Part shown: positions 41,262-55,874 of the stretch, in pieces
Layout of the letters: the number at the start of each line of letters is the position of its first letter
Numbering within the stretch: position 1 is the first letter of the stretch
Source: Octopus vulgaris
Lineage: Eukaryota
DNA: 64,000 nucleotides
Assembly: GCA_951406725.2 (NCBI GenBank)
Contig: OX597817.1
Coordinates: 61,504,001 to 61,568,000 of the forward strand
Reading direction: 5' to 3'
The notes under the pieces: generated by a model
Databases searched by the model: none
What the model saw: the letters and a program-made list of their open reading frames with translations, nothing else
What the model was told of the DNA's origin: nothing
Position numbers and translations under genes: made by a program

Positions 41262-41712
41262 ATAGGAGAAATAAAGATCCCGAGACGGGAGGACAGAGGA
41301 AAAAAATTGCAGGTAGTCTTCACGAGGTCACATACTAAAAAGACGGAAGTGGTAAAAAAGGAGGAAAATGTTTTTTAAAAACAGGAGAGCTGAATCAAAG
41401 AGGGAATGGTAAAAAAGGTGTGCGATATGACAATGGTGTGTGTGTGAGTGTGTGCGTGTGTGTGTATGTGTGTGTATGGTGGACAGTGGCTAGTAGCAGG
41501 CAGTAGTAGAATTAAAGGAGTGGTGTGGGGGTACCCTAGCAGGTCAGAAATGCAGATCAGAAACGGGGAGGTATGTGTGTGTGCGTCTGTATGTATGTGT
41601 GAGTGTGTGCGTGTGCGTGTGTGTATGTGTGTGTGAGGCGATATATATGTACCCACTCTTATATGGGTGTACCTCCTCTGATTTTCATGTTTAATTTAGT
41701 TTGTTCTTCATA

Positions 41713-41838
41713 ATCTCTGAAGAGGCCTTGGGATATTTTTGTAAGTATCTCATTTATAACTACATATTAACCTATCACACATGGCTAATATGAGCATAAT
41801 GAGGCACCCATATCTGCATGACTGAAACAGCTGTAGAT
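41713..41838 (+). ncRNA. Hammerhead ribozyme motif with long helix II insert, partly decayed
   Basis: atct-CTGAAGA-ggcc...gact-GAAA-cagctg-TA-gat. Confidence 0.65.
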
Positions 41839-42397
41839 GTAGTTTATATCTATATTTGCATTTATTTATATTCACTTATACATACTGTACTTATTGTATC
41901 TTATTACTCATTGATGTACATTGTTTTGTTCTATATTATGTTTGACCTTAATGTTCATAAGTAGTGGTTTAATAAATTATGTGATTGGGTATTATCTGGT
42001 AGTTGATTATTGATTAAGATGTATTTCTCCATTTCCTTATTTTGTATTATATATAAATATATATATAGTTCACAGTGAACTGTCAGCCGAAAAAAGCAGA
42101 AAGCAAAAGAAGTTGACCAACGTTTCAAGTGAAGTCTTTATCAAAGTAATGTAAGAAAAATAGTTGCCAGAAAAAAGCAACATACATTTCAAATAAGTCA
42201 GCGTCGAATCAACGACGTCAAATCAGCAGCGGCAAAATGTTTAAGCATGAATGGCTAAGTAGAACAGATGATATTGCGTGTAGGACGAACCAGGCTGTCA
42301 ACGGAGTCTCTTTCAAAAATCATAGTATCACCCTTCTTGACATAGAAAGCTTAGATATTTTCCTCTTTTTCGTGACTACGACGAAAGAGATTGTATA

Positions 42398-42795
42398 ATC
42401 TTTTCTACTCTAGGCACAAGGCCCGAAATCTTTGGGAGGGGTCCAGTCGATTATATCGACCCCAGTTCGCAACTGGTACTTAATTTATTGATCCCGAAAG
42501 GATGAAAGACAAAGTCGACCTCAGTGGAATTTGAACTCAGAACGTAAAGACAGACGAAATACCTATTTCTTTACTGCCTACAAGGAGTTAAACACAGAAA
42601 GGACAAACAAGGACAGACAAGTGGATCAAGTCGATTATATCGACTCCAGTGCGTAACTGGTACTTATTTAATCGACTCCGAAAGGATGAAAGGCAAAGTC
42701 GACCTCGGCGGAATTTGAACTCAGAACGTAACGGCAGACGAAATACGGCTACGCATTTCGCCCGGCGTGCTAACAATTCTGCTAAGCTCGCCGCC
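42398..42795 (-). mobile_element. SINE family B dimer
   Basis: Unit 1 ends '...ggcagtaaagaaata'. Headless unit 2 ends 'ggccttgtgcctagagtagaaaaga'. A monomer lies at 44005-44230(-). Confidence 0.9.
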
Positions 42796-43011
42796 TTTCA
42801 CCAACTTAATGGTCAGTGAAAATCTTGATCCTGTTGGCAGGAGGATGTGGATTCCACCTTGGAAGAGCTTTTGCTCCTAATTTATTTGAATACGTATTTT
42901 TTTAATGTTTCGTGTCGTACTTGGTAGTTTATTTTGTATATTTTCCTATGAGGTCACGTGGTTAATAAAGAAGCCATCGTTATTACAAGCAGCAGCAGCA
43001 GCAGCAGTAGC

Positions 43012-43067
<56 letters not shown>

Positions 43068-43341
43068 ATAATTTAGTCAATTGGTTTGTTTGTAGGTTTG
43101 GAATGCTTTCATGTAGTGTTAATCCTTCCATTGATGACTGGAATAGAAAGACACGGACAGACAGACAGACAGATAGACAAGTAGGCAGATAGGCAGGCAG
43201 GCAGGCAGGCAGGCAAGCAGGCAGATAGACAGGCAGGCAGGCAGGCAGATAGGTAGGTAGGTAGGTAGGTAGGTAGGTAGGTAGGTAGGTAGGTAGGTAG
43301 GTAGGTAGGTAGGTAGGTAGGCAAGTGGGCAGACCGACCGA

Positions 43342-43413
<72 letters not shown>

Positions 43414-45716
43414 AAAAGAGTGGGTGGTTGACGTCTGTTGAAAATGTCAACAATTTACATCGGATAAAATGTTTATATCTACGCATGCACGCACGTATAC
43501 ACATACCTATACACACACGTTTACAGACACACACACACACACACAATTATGTCTGTGTGAATTATCTACACGCGCAGGTGTGGCTATGTGGTAAAGAGTT
43601 TGTTTCCCAATCACATGGTTCCAGGTTCAATTCGACTGCGTGGCACCTTGCGCAATTATAGCCTCGGTTCGACCAAAGCTTTGTGAGTGGATTTGACAGA
43701 CGGAAACTGACAGAAGTTTGTCGTTTATTTATGTAAATAGCTATGTGTGTGTGAGTGAGGTTTTTGTGTGTGTGTATCTGTCCTCCCACCGTCGCTTGAC
43801 AACTGATGTTGGTGTGTAAAGTAGCGGTTCGGCAAAAGGTACCGATAGAATAAGTACTAGGCTTACAAAGAATAAGTCCTGCGGTCGATTTCTTCAGCTA
43901 AAAACCCTTTAAGTCGGTGCTCCAGCATGGCCGCAGTCCAGTGATTGAAACAAGTAAAAGAATGGAATAGGCAGACAGACAGACAGACAGATAGACAGAC
44001 AGATATATTTCTTTACTGCCCACAAAGGGCTAAACATAGAGGGAACAAACAAGGACAAAGGGATTAAGTCGATTACATCGACCCCAGTGCGAAACTGATA
44101 CTTTATTTATCGACCCCGAAAGGATGAAAGGCAAAGTTGACCTCGGCAGAATTTGAACTCAGAACGTAACGACAGACGAAATACCACTAAACATTTCGCC
44201 CGGTGCATTTCCACTAAGCATTTCGCCGCCTTGATAGACAGACAGATAGACAGGCAGGTAGGCCCGCAGACATACAGACAGACTGACAAACAGAGATAGG
44301 TAGATAGGTAGGTAGGTAGGTAGGTAGGTAGGTAGGTAGGTAGGTAGGTAGGTAGGTAGGTAGGTAGATAGATAGATAGATAGATAGATACATACATACA
44401 TACATACATACATACATACATACATGCATACATGCATGCATACATGCATACATACATACATACATACATACATACATACATACATACATACATACATACA
44501 TAGTTGAACAGACACACTGATAGATACACGTGTATGTAGGCGGATTGCTTGATAGTTCCCTCCACGTACATTGCCTATACGCATGTACGTGTGGGTAACT
44601 ATATCCCCATATATACGTATATGCAGGGAATATGCAATTTTCGGCGGAGCTGTACCTTGTCGCATTCGTTGTCACGCTGAATCTCCCTGAGAACTAACTT
44701 TAAGGGTACTTTAAAGGTATGTGGAGTACTCATCCAGTTGCACATTAATTTTCATCGAATCATCTGGAACATTCATCACCGACGGAAAGCCAGATGTTTG
44801 TTTGATAGTTTGTGTATGTGTGTGTTTATGTATGTATGTGTGTGTACTTAAGTACGTATGCATATATGTATGTATGAATGTACGAGTGTATGTGTGTGTT
44901 TATGTATGTATGTGTGTGTAAAGTACGTATGCATATATGTATGTATGAATGTACGAGTGCATGTGTGTTGTTCTGTAATGGCCGCCACCCCACTCGTGGC
45001 TGTAGTTGTTGCCGCTCTTATTGGTGCTTTTAAAGCCCCTGGAATGTTACGGGTCAGCGGCATACGACTGCATTATCAGACGGTTTTGGAAGAAGTGAAC
45101 GATTGGTGATAACATACCGACAACGGCTTTCAGATATCCGCTTCAGCATCCACGTAGGGGAGGGGAAAAGGCAGATGCTTTTTTTCGACAAGTTTAGGCA
45201 CACGTAATCGTGATAAGCGGGGCGCGCGTGTTCGCCAGCACGTCCCCTTCGGCGTGTGGATGACGATATGAGCGTGCGTACGTGCGTACTACGAATATGC
45301 AGATGTATGTAATACACACGCACACAAATGTGTAAGCGTATGTGTGTGTGTGTGTGTGTGTGTACGTGTGATTGTGGCTTTTATTATAGTATTAAACACC
45401 ACTACTACCACCACCACCATCACCATCTTCTTGGCGCAAAGTGAGATAGATGCACTTCTGGGTAAAAAATATCAGCAACAATGGGTAAAAAAAACTATGA
45501 CTTCATGTATGAATGTCAAGAGAAATCTAATAAGATCTTCACATACCATGAATAATCTATATTGTCAGATTAGACATTTCCTTTCCTTCCACTATTATTT
45601 CAATTAACAGGACAACTATTAATTATATGGGGAGTTTTGTAGCTCTGGTCTTCCTCTACAACTTTCGTTTATCGTTTTGAAATTTAAATAAATTTTACCT
45701 TTTTAGACATATGAAC

Positions 45717-46040
45717 ATGGAATGCCAAATAGAGAGAAAAGAAATCAACATTTTCTACACCCGTTTGTTTTCTCTTTCAGTCAAGGTTGCAGAGACACCA
45801 AAGCTGCCGCTCGAAACATTTGCGCTCTGTAAAGAGGTGTGGCTTTCAGGCATCGCCGAAGGGGAATTCGACCTCACAGTCTCTCCACATTCCCGCCGAC
45901 CAATTCAGTTCAAAGAGGAATAATTGAACGAGCTCATCCACGAGGTATGCGTTAATCCTCCGAGGAATTTGCCCAACAGATTAGATGTTCTCATGACAAC
46001 CGTCACCCGTCACCTTCACCCGAAAGGTAATGTCCAAAGC
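45717..46040 (+). mobile_element. Mariner transposase N-terminal remnant
   Basis: MECQIERKE..., AARNICAL, GEFDLTVSPHSRRPIQFKEE*LNELIHE, TTVTRHLH. Confidence 0.8.
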
Positions 46041-46222
46041 TCTTCAACTGCTTCTTTAACACGAGTCGTTAATTTGACCAAAAACTGCCATTCCACCGTA
46101 TTCACTTCTATAACGTTTCCAAATTGCTACGTTTATCACTCACTCTCTCCAACAGTCTGCAAATGTGTATATATGCATCAAATGATATATATATATATAT
46201 AAAGAATGATATATGTATAAAT

Positions 46223-46292
46223 ATAAAGAATGTGTAGTGGCTAGCGATCTATATATATATATATAAATCGCTAGCCACTACACATTCTTTAT
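46223..46292. repeat. Palindrome centred on (TA)n, upstream of a hammerhead
   Basis: ataaagaatgtgtagtggctagcgat-c(TA)n-atcgctagccactacacattctttat. Confidence 0.9.
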
Positions 46293-46319
46293 TTTGCCTC
46301 CTTGTTTCTTTGTGTGTTC

Positions 46320-46355
46320 CTTTCTGTGGAAGAGCGTAGGCTCGAAACGTTAAAG
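46320..46355 (+). ncRNA. Minimal hammerhead ribozyme motif (core variant)
   Basis: cttt-CTGTGGA-A-GAGC-gtag-GCTC-GAAA-CG-TT-aaag. Helix I covaries with the copy at 62633. Confidence 0.7.
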
Positions 46356-46462
46356 ACATTTTCACTTCTCGAGCGTTAAACTAATACATCTGTTTGTTGT
46401 CTACACCACCCGTCTTCGTCTTTAGGGGGAGGGTGAATTCTCCCTATATATACGTATATGGA

Positions 46463-46759
46463 AACATAATGTGGCAGTCCTGATTAGGACGAATATTACT
46501 GTTATTTAACCCCAGGATACATCGTCTCCAGCTGGGTATCGACGCACTATCTGCGTCCTTATATGTTCGAACAAGGGAGTTTACTGTTGCCACTTAGTTC
46601 TGGTACACAGACATTGCTTTAGAGCTGAGTGGGGACAGTAAACTCCCTTGATCGAAAATACAAGGACGCAGATAGTGCGACGATAGCCAGCTGGAGCCGA
46701 TGTATCCTGGGTCTAAATAACAGTAATATTCGTCCTAATAAGGACTGCCACATTGTGTT
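46463..46759. repeat. Imperfect palindrome, ~139-bp arms, 19-bp spacer (foldback or MITE-like)
   Basis: 46463-46601 is inverted relative to 46621-46759, with scattered mismatches. Confidence 0.9.
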
Positions 46760-46823
46760 GGCAGATAATCTTTACTCGCTGTTACTGAAAGTTTCTGAGA
46801 TTTAGAAATAATATTTTATATAT

Positions 46824-47240
46824 AGGCGTAGGAGTGGCTGTGTGGTAAGTAGCTTGTTTACCAACCACATGGTTCCGGGTTCAGTCCCACTGCGTGGCAT
46901 CTTGGGCAAGTGTCTTCTACTATAGCCTCGGGCCGACCAAAGCCTTGGGAGTGGATTTGGTAGATGGAAACTGAAAGAAGCCTGTCGTATATATGTATAT
47001 GTATATATATATATATGTATGTGCGTGTTTGTGTGTCTGTACTTGTCCGCCCAACATCGCTTGACAACCGATGCTGGTGTGTTTACGTCCCCGTAACTTA
47101 GCGGTTCGGCAAAAAAGAGACCGATAAAATAAGTACTTGGCTTACAAAGAATAAGTCCTGGGGTCGATTTGATCGACTAAAAGGCGGTGCTCCAGCGTGG
47201 CCACAGTCACATGACTGAAACAAGTAAAAGAGTAAAAAGA
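46824..47240 (+). mobile_element. SINE family A, full length
   Basis: Complete head, body, microsatellite and tail. Confidence 0.92.
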
Positions 47241-47830
47241 GTATATATATATACATACATGTTTGTGTGTGTGTGTATGCATGTATGTATGCATGCATGT
47301 GTCTATATGTATGTATCTATGTATATGTGCATATGTATTCTATTTTCAGTATAATGAAAATAATGCTAGCACCTTTGTTTGTTTTGGTTTTGTTTTTCCT
47401 TTTGTTTTCATTTTCGTTCGTTTTTGTTGTTATATCGCATCGAGTGAGCAGGATTTTGGTGGAGAATAAAGAAAATACAACGAAAACATTTTGCGCCATT
47501 GGAGGAGAAAAATTCGGCAAAGACTTAACAACAAACGCGAGATAAGGCAAACGCCAGCTGGAACACTTCTCCATTGGCGCCATATATTCACAGATGAATC
47601 TAAAAGTGTGAAGAAAGTCAGTCACATTGGTAGAACCACGAAATAGAAAATAAAATTCTGCATAGTTTATAGGTGCAAGCAAAGCTGTGTGGTTAAGAAA
47701 CTCGCTTTGCAATAAAGTCGTTTCGAATTCAGTCCCACTATGCGGCTCCTTGGGAAAATATCGTCTACGATAGCCCCAAGCCGACTAATCCCTTGTGAAG
47801 GAATTTAGTAGACGGAAACTTTGCAGACAC

Positions 47831-47911
<81 letters not shown>

Positions 47912-47944
47912 CCTCATTTTCCTCTTCCCTGTATTTTTTTCCTC

Positions 47945-47977
47945 TATCCGACGAAGAGCCATGTTCGAAACGTCATT
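47945..47977 (+). ncRNA. Minimal hammerhead ribozyme motif (decayed)
   Basis: tat-CCGACGA-A-GAGC-cat-GTTC-GAAA-CG-TC-att. Confidence 0.6.
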
Positions 47978-48092
47978 CACTCCTATTTTTCCATCCGAAA
48001 CTTTCACTGAGCGTTAATCTAATATATTCATTAAGTGCGTCCAAATAACTTTCGTTGTTTTTCCCTGTTTGTCCATAGATTTGCACATGTAT

Positions 48093-48676
<584 letters not shown>

Positions 48677-48757
48677 TTAATGTTTGAGTTCAGTTATAGC
48701 AAGAATAATTTTACATTAATCTGATGGGTTATTCTATACGAATAGAATACAAATATA

Positions 48758-48892
48758 TTATTCTTCAACAAGAACTTTGTTAACAGTGACTTCGAAGTTT
48801 CAGCCAGCTAAATCATCGTCGCACGGTCCAACGATGGCTTAGCTGGCCGAAACTTTGAAGTCAGTCTCAACAACAGTCTTGTTTACGAATAA
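48758..48892. repeat. Hairpin/inverted repeat
   Basis: Core 48787-48819 pairs with 48831-48863. A non-inverted homolog of the left flank lies at about 55010-55118. Confidence 0.85.
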
Positions 48893-49282
48893 TACATGCG
48901 TGTGTGTGCATGTCTGCAATGTCTCGAGTATATGACAGCTGTATTAACTTTTACATCCCATTGCCACTCATTGTTTGTCGCTTACACAACACTGTTCTCC
49001 CCTTCCTTGATATCAGTCACACTCACTTCTGCTACTACATTTCCCTCAGTTTAATATTCTTTGCACCCTTCTCATTTTATCATATAATTCACCCAACCCC
49101 ACCTAGGAGGCCCATTATCGATTTTTGTTGAAATCCAATTAGCTTATTGGATGTTAGTTAGACATGTATGCAAAAATTTCATGCATATAGGTTCGCTAGT
49201 TTAGGCAGTAAGATGGTAACAGACAGACAGATATATTTTACCCTTTATATATAAGATATATGCATGCTTGTATGGATATATA

Positions 49283-49347
<65 letters not shown>

Positions 49348-49535
49348 TGTATGTATGTATGTATGTATGGCTTAACATATATAAAGAGATGGAGGAGTAA
49401 AAAATAAGATTTTCTGATAAAGAAATAAAATCAAAACAATAAAACAAAAGCAAACAAAAAAGTAACAAAGAAAAACTAAAGAAAGGAAACTAAAATATGG
49501 AAGAAATATTTGAGATCAGCAAAGCATTCTGGTAT

Positions 49536-49596
<61 letters not shown>

Positions 49597-50342
49597 CACA
49601 CGTACACACACACATACGAAGAACATTCACACGCATGTATGTGTGTTTATACACGCATACATACACACATACATACACACATACATACACACATACATAC
49701 ATACATACACACATACATACACACATACATACATACATATATACATACATACATACAGACAGACAGACAGACAAACAGGCAGACAGACAGACATAGACAC
49801 ATATGAGAAAGAAAGGAGAGATTTTAGACGTTTCAAAATTTGATATGAACGCGGGTTGGGAAGCGAAGCGAACGGGTGATGGCGTGTGACTGAACGATGA
49901 CGAATGGTTGGTGAAGAAGAAGAGAAGGAGGTAGGCTTTTTCTGGTTTTATTGCTGAAAAAACATACACTTGAATGCTGACACCTATTTTATGCATTTAT
50001 TTGCAGGTGCATGCGTTTATCTAAGAATGCTCCATGTTTGCTAACATTATAATGAATATCTGGGTTAATTGACATATAGAGTTTTTACATAATATACCTG
50101 ACTATATTTATATACATGTACAGTATATCTATATACAGTATATATATATGTATGTGTGTGTGTGTGAAACTGTGCACGCAACAACCCATCAACACACATA
50201 CACATGTCTATATACGTGTATATGTGTATGTATGTAGATATTTCAAACAGTCTTTATGCAGATATGGTTATATATGTAAATAACATGTGTGCAGATATGT
50301 GTGTGTATTCATGTGTCTAAGCGTGTATGTGTGTATGTATGT

Positions 50343-50411
<69 letters not shown>

Positions 50412-50462
50412 TGTATGTATGTATGTATGTATGTATGTGCAAATAGATAGATAGATAGATAT

Positions 50463-50496
<34 letters not shown>

Positions 50497-50936
50497 GTGT
50501 GTATAGGATATTATAAATACGTATATGTGTAGGGGGCAGTGTACATAGGTGTGCATATGTATGATTCTACGGAGGCGGGATTAGCTGCTTATAGAACAAA
50601 CAGACATCTCTGCTTTTCAAACAGAGTTGCATATTTCCATACGTTGTATATATTTTTCATAAATTGTTGATAATGTGCTTAAGGCACTCGAAATATAAGA
50701 TACAGCATAGCTTTGGAAGACTTGTTTTTCATCTCCGCGCTAGTGTAAATAAAAAACTTTCGTGTTTTAAAGACAAAAAAACAATTCTAAGGCGCAGTAA
50801 TATCATGTGGTTTAGAAGCTCGCTTTGCTACAACGTAGTTACGGGTTCAAGCCCATTGCTCAGCACTTTGAACAAGTGTCTTGTATTATAACCCCAATGC
50901 CTTAAGTGAATTTGGTAGATGGAAACTGTGTGGAGC

Positions 50937-51039
<103 letters not shown>

Positions 51040-51805
51040 CAAACTAAATCGAACACACATACACAAGATGTGTGTTGCTAGTTACACACTCACACACTTT
51101 AGTTTGCAGAACGGAAGATGTAACTTGTGCCTTTCTGGGTCATCCACGATGCTAGGTGAGAAGTATGCCGGCATATATACATACGTACACATATATATTG
51201 TTCTATATATATCGTTATATTTCGTGATGGTCATTTTTTACCAAAGCCTTGTGAGTGTATTTGGTAGACAGAAACTGAAAGAAGTCCGTCGTCTATATGT
51301 ATAGGTTTGTGTGTCTATGTTTGTCTCCCCGCCATCACTTGATAACCGATGTTGGTGTGTTTACGTCCCCGTAAGCTAGCGGTTCGGCAAAAAGAGAACG
51401 ATAGAATAAGTACTAGGCTTATTAAGAATAAGTCCTGGGGTCAGTTTCGTCGACTAAAGGCGATGCTCCAGCATGGCCGCAGTCAAATGACTGAAACAAG
51501 TAAAAGAATATATATCACATCCGAATAAGAAACACATTCTAAAGAACAGAGCAGTAAAGCGTTGAAACACTGAAGTTTGGTCAAAGAGTGAGCAATGGTT
51601 CCGCATCCACGAAGGCCGCAGCTTTGTGCATGGCTCATCAGACTCTATACAAAGACAAAGTTAACTCTTCACCTCACGGAAGAGGAGAAACACTATGGTC
51701 AGTTGGTCAAGCAGCTATCAGAGATAAAAAAAACAAACATTTGTTAGGATGAGTTGTCTCACCTGGATCATCGATTAATTGACAGTGGCGATCAATTTCG
51801 TAAGG

Positions 51806-51911
51806 ACTCTAATGAGCCTAATCAGCGAGCGGAGAATCCCAATTTTGCAGAAGATAGCGCTACCTCCTGCAAAATTAGGATTCTCCACTTGCTGATTAGG
51901 CTCGTAAGAGT
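51806..51911. repeat. 106-bp zero-spacer imperfect palindrome
   Basis: Centred on 'tagcgcta' (51855-51862). Confidence 0.9.
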
Positions 51912-51944
51912 GGATTTAAGTTTAAATCTTTAGAATCTTTAAAT

Positions 51945-52520
51945 TGTTTCAGCTTTAAAGCTGCGGTCATGCTGGGGCGCCACCGTTGGCTGTGCTATAC
52001 CATTATTTGAAACCTCCTCTGATATATGGCATATGGTGAACGAGGAGGGCTGTTGCCCTCATTTGTGTTTCCTGCCGTAAGGTAGGCTCATCTGGAACTC
52101 TTGACAGGAGGAAATCCAGTTTTGTTTTCATGACACCAACATCCACACCATACAGGTCTCTCGGGCATTTTAGAAGTATATTGAAGAGCTGTGGGCTCTT
52201 GAAACCCAAGCTGCTGCAGTATCTGGTCCTGTATTTTGATGGTGATACTGAGATCTTTGGCACTATGCAGTGACGCCCCGTTCTGCTGTTTCTGTAACTT
52301 TCAATGCCAAAGTTTGGTACAAGGCCTTCCAAGATTTTCCAGATGTATATCACTGCATATCTTTCCCGCCTTAGTTCTAGGGAGAAGAGTTTTAACTCTT
52401 TCAGCTTTTCCCACAAGTCGATATGTTGCATTGAGACGATTGCTTCGAGTTCCGCCGTTAATCTTATACTGTGTAGTGGTCATATTTGGGAGCAGTAGTC
52501 CAAGTGGCTGAGGACGTATG
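51945..52520 (-). mobile_element. CR1/L2-group LINE 3' end
   Basis: LKLFSLELRRERYAVIYIWKILEGLVPN...PQLFN...VPDEP. Tail 'cagcatgaccgcagctttaaagctgaaacaa'. Confidence 0.9.
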
Positions 52521-52522
52521 CC

Positions 52523-52554
<32 letters not shown>

Positions 52555-53122
52555 TATTAGAAAATAATGTAAATAAAGTGTTAAAATCTGAAAGTTAAGT
52601 TAACAAGCAATTATATAAAAAAGATAATGCAAATGAAGCTAAAATGATAGTTTTATAATTTGGGTTTTATTGAAGAACTCAAAAGAGTTGTCTCCCCTTA
52701 CTCACAACACAGGAACTGAAGAACCAGGACCACAATTACTACTACTTCCTGTCCTGCAAACATGCTGAATTTAACAACACAACACAACACATGCTCTTAA
52801 TCCCTTTGGATCTTAACACCTCAAGGTAATTTTCTCGTAAACAACCATAAAACGCAAGATACACAACGAACTCACAATGTATCGGAGAACTTATTTTTTA
52901 ATTTTTGTACATTTTTATCATTATTCTTTTACAAAAAACAATGCAATTTTCTTTTTCCCTTTCTAATTTTTAAAAAACTTCTTAAAACATAAATATTCTT
53001 GACAAGTCATACAATGACGAAAACCGGTTGAATAAATATACATTTATATATTTTATCATTTTCTCATTTTATTAAAATTTTCTTTCATTTGAGCATTCTG
53101 CATTTTTAAAAAAAATTTTCCT

Positions 53123-53180
<58 letters not shown>

Positions 53181-53184
53181 TACT

Positions 53185-54960
53185 CGTTTCAGCCATCGAA
53201 CACGGTCATGCTGATTTCCTCAGTCTGGGGTGTTTCACATCAACACTCCTGTAAGTGCCTTTGTCCCAGCTGTTGGCCCATTTGATGTATAGGGGAGTTT
53301 GATTCCGCTGCCCTCGTCTGTACCTCATGTTGGTTCATCCGGTACTATGGGGAGGAGGATGTCTAGTTCCTTTTTGAAGATATCTGCTTCCAACTTATGC
53401 AGCTTTCTTAATTTTTGTGGCAGGGCATTTGAAGAGCTGTGGGCCTTTGAACCCTAGGCTATTGCAGTACTTGATCCTGAATTTAGATGGAGTGGATGGT
53501 AACTTTGCTACAATACGATAGCGGCCAGTTCCAACATTTGTATAACACTCAATGCTGAAATTAGGTACCAGTCCTTCTAGAGTTTTCCATATATAGAGAG
53601 TATTACATATCTGTCGCGCCTTCGCTCCAAGGAGCGAAGTTGCAGTTTTTTCAGCCTCTCCCTGTAACTCACCCGCTGCACTGTTTCAATCGTTTTAGTG
53701 TAGTGATGTTGGACTGCTTCAAACTCCGCTGTTTGTTTGACATTACATGGTGGCCATTATAGAGAGCAGGTGACTGAGAACAAAGGTTCTCCATCGGATT
53801 GACATATTTTCTTAGTCTCTTGTCTTGAAGGACCTTAGTATCCATCCTGTTAGTTGTCTGCACTTTACTGCCATCATGGTAATATGCATATGAAATGATG
53901 CAACATTTCACATACTGATCCTCAAGTCTTTCACTGCCTGTGACTCTGGGATTGCAGTACCTTCGGTTCCTGTATATGCAGGTTCTAGTGAGTTCGTGAG
54001 TTGATTGTGTAGTGCTTGCAATTTTCCAGCGTTAAATTTCATGTTGTTTATTTAGGTCCACTTGTATATCGAATTCAGGTCCCGCTGTAAACTTGTGTTG
54101 TCATCTTAATTTTTTATTGTCTGTGATAATTTTGTATCATCGGCGTAGCTAGTGACAGAGGCTGTCCGAGTGACTGTGGGTACGTCTAAGAGGGCTATTA
54201 TGAATAGTAATGGCCACAGAACAGTTCCCTGGGGGACACTACTTAGGATTTGAGTTTCCTCAGAAAGGGTACCATTGGCTGCAAATACCTGACTTCTGTC
54301 TTTATGGAAGTTATGCAGCACTCTCCCAGTTTATCAGCAACGCCAAGGTCTCGCAGCTTATCATGCCGTGATCTACCTTTTCAAATGCCTTTGCAAAGTC
54401 AAAGCATATCACACTGACATCTGAATGGTCAAGCAGTTGTTTCAAAACCCAGTCATAGTGCTGTAGGAGCAGTATGAGGCAGCTTCTTCCTGGACGGAAG
54501 ACATGCTATGTGTTGTTCAGTTGGTCACTTTCTTCTAGGAACATTACCGACTTCTTTCTGATGATTCGCTCCATGAGTTTACAGACATGTGAAGTCAGAG
54601 AGACTGGCCTCTAGTTTTGGGCCTCTGTTCTGCTTCCACCTTTCTGGATAGGGCATATAATGCTTTCTATTAGCTTTTTAAGAAGTTTACCACTTGCAAG
54701 GAAATTTTGGAAAAGTATCTGAAGTGGTTTCACCAAAGCCTGTTTACATAACGTCAGGAGAATAGCTGGGAAGCCAGCAGGACCAGTGGCAAAGCTTGAA
54801 CTCATTTCATCTATGGCCGCTGTTACATCTGTCTCCTCAATATTGATGTAATCGATGGTTGGCGCTTCCTTTATTAGAGCTGCAATATTAAAGAATTCAG
54901 CCGGGTTTTGTTTTTATCTGCATGTGACCAAGGGGGGAAGGGAAGACACTTTTAAATTGT
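53185..54960 (-). mobile_element. CR1/L2-group LINE ORF2 remnant
   Basis: ATGPAGFPAILL, ICPIQKGG, DFAKAFEKVDHG, VPQGTVLWPLLF, YADDTK. Interrupted at about 53670-53915. Confidence 0.9.
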
Positions 54961-55364
54961 TCACACACACACATATTAACGTCTGATTTTATGTTCAATT
55001 AAAATAAACACAATTTTACATTAATCTGATGGATTACTCGATACATTATAGGGGACAAATTTATCATTCTTGTACAAAAATGTTGTTAACGGTGACTTTC
55101 AAGTTTCGGCCAGTTAGGAATGCCAACTTTTGAATGAATGTTAATTGCGACTGATTTAATTTAAATCAATTAAATTCACATAACTGCTACATCTAAGGAC
55201 ACCGGGATACTTATCCAGCAGAAACATGTGTCGGATTGGAATTTTATGAAAAAATACTTTCACAAATAATTTTTGAAGACGTATAATTCTCCATTCCTCA
55301 TTATGAAATCTTGATTATATATGTGTGTGTGCGCGTGTGTATACATACACACACACAACAGTGA

Positions 55365-55474
<110 letters not shown>

Positions 55475-55874
55475 AATTAAAGAGGAATGTAAAAATACAT
55501 TAGGAAGGATATATCATAATTCATAATTATTTACGAATATTTTAATGGCCAAACATGTAACCATAAATTTGATAAAAGAAGTGTGTATGATTATGAATAA
55601 ATCGCAATTATAGTGGTTTTGACTGCTATTTCTAGACATATAAGGTTTTTGCAACTGTCTCCGTTATAATTGTGATTTATTCATAATCATACACATTCCT
55701 TTTATATGTGTGTATGTATGTATGTATGTATGTATGTACGTATGTATGTGTGTATGTATATACGTATGTATGTATATACGTATGTATGTATGTATGTATG
55801 TATGTATGTATGTATGTATGTATGTATGTATGTATGTATGTATGTATGTGCGTACGTACGTACGTATGTATGTT

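Noticed and set aside
45770-46030. Apparent exon with polypyrimidine-AG acceptor and GT donors
   Set aside because: All three frames contain stops, and the translation is a mariner transposase remnant.
46474-46500. gtcc-tgatta-ggac-GAA as a hammerhead helix II
   Set aside because: There is no CTGANGA before the stem and GAAA is not intact in either arm.
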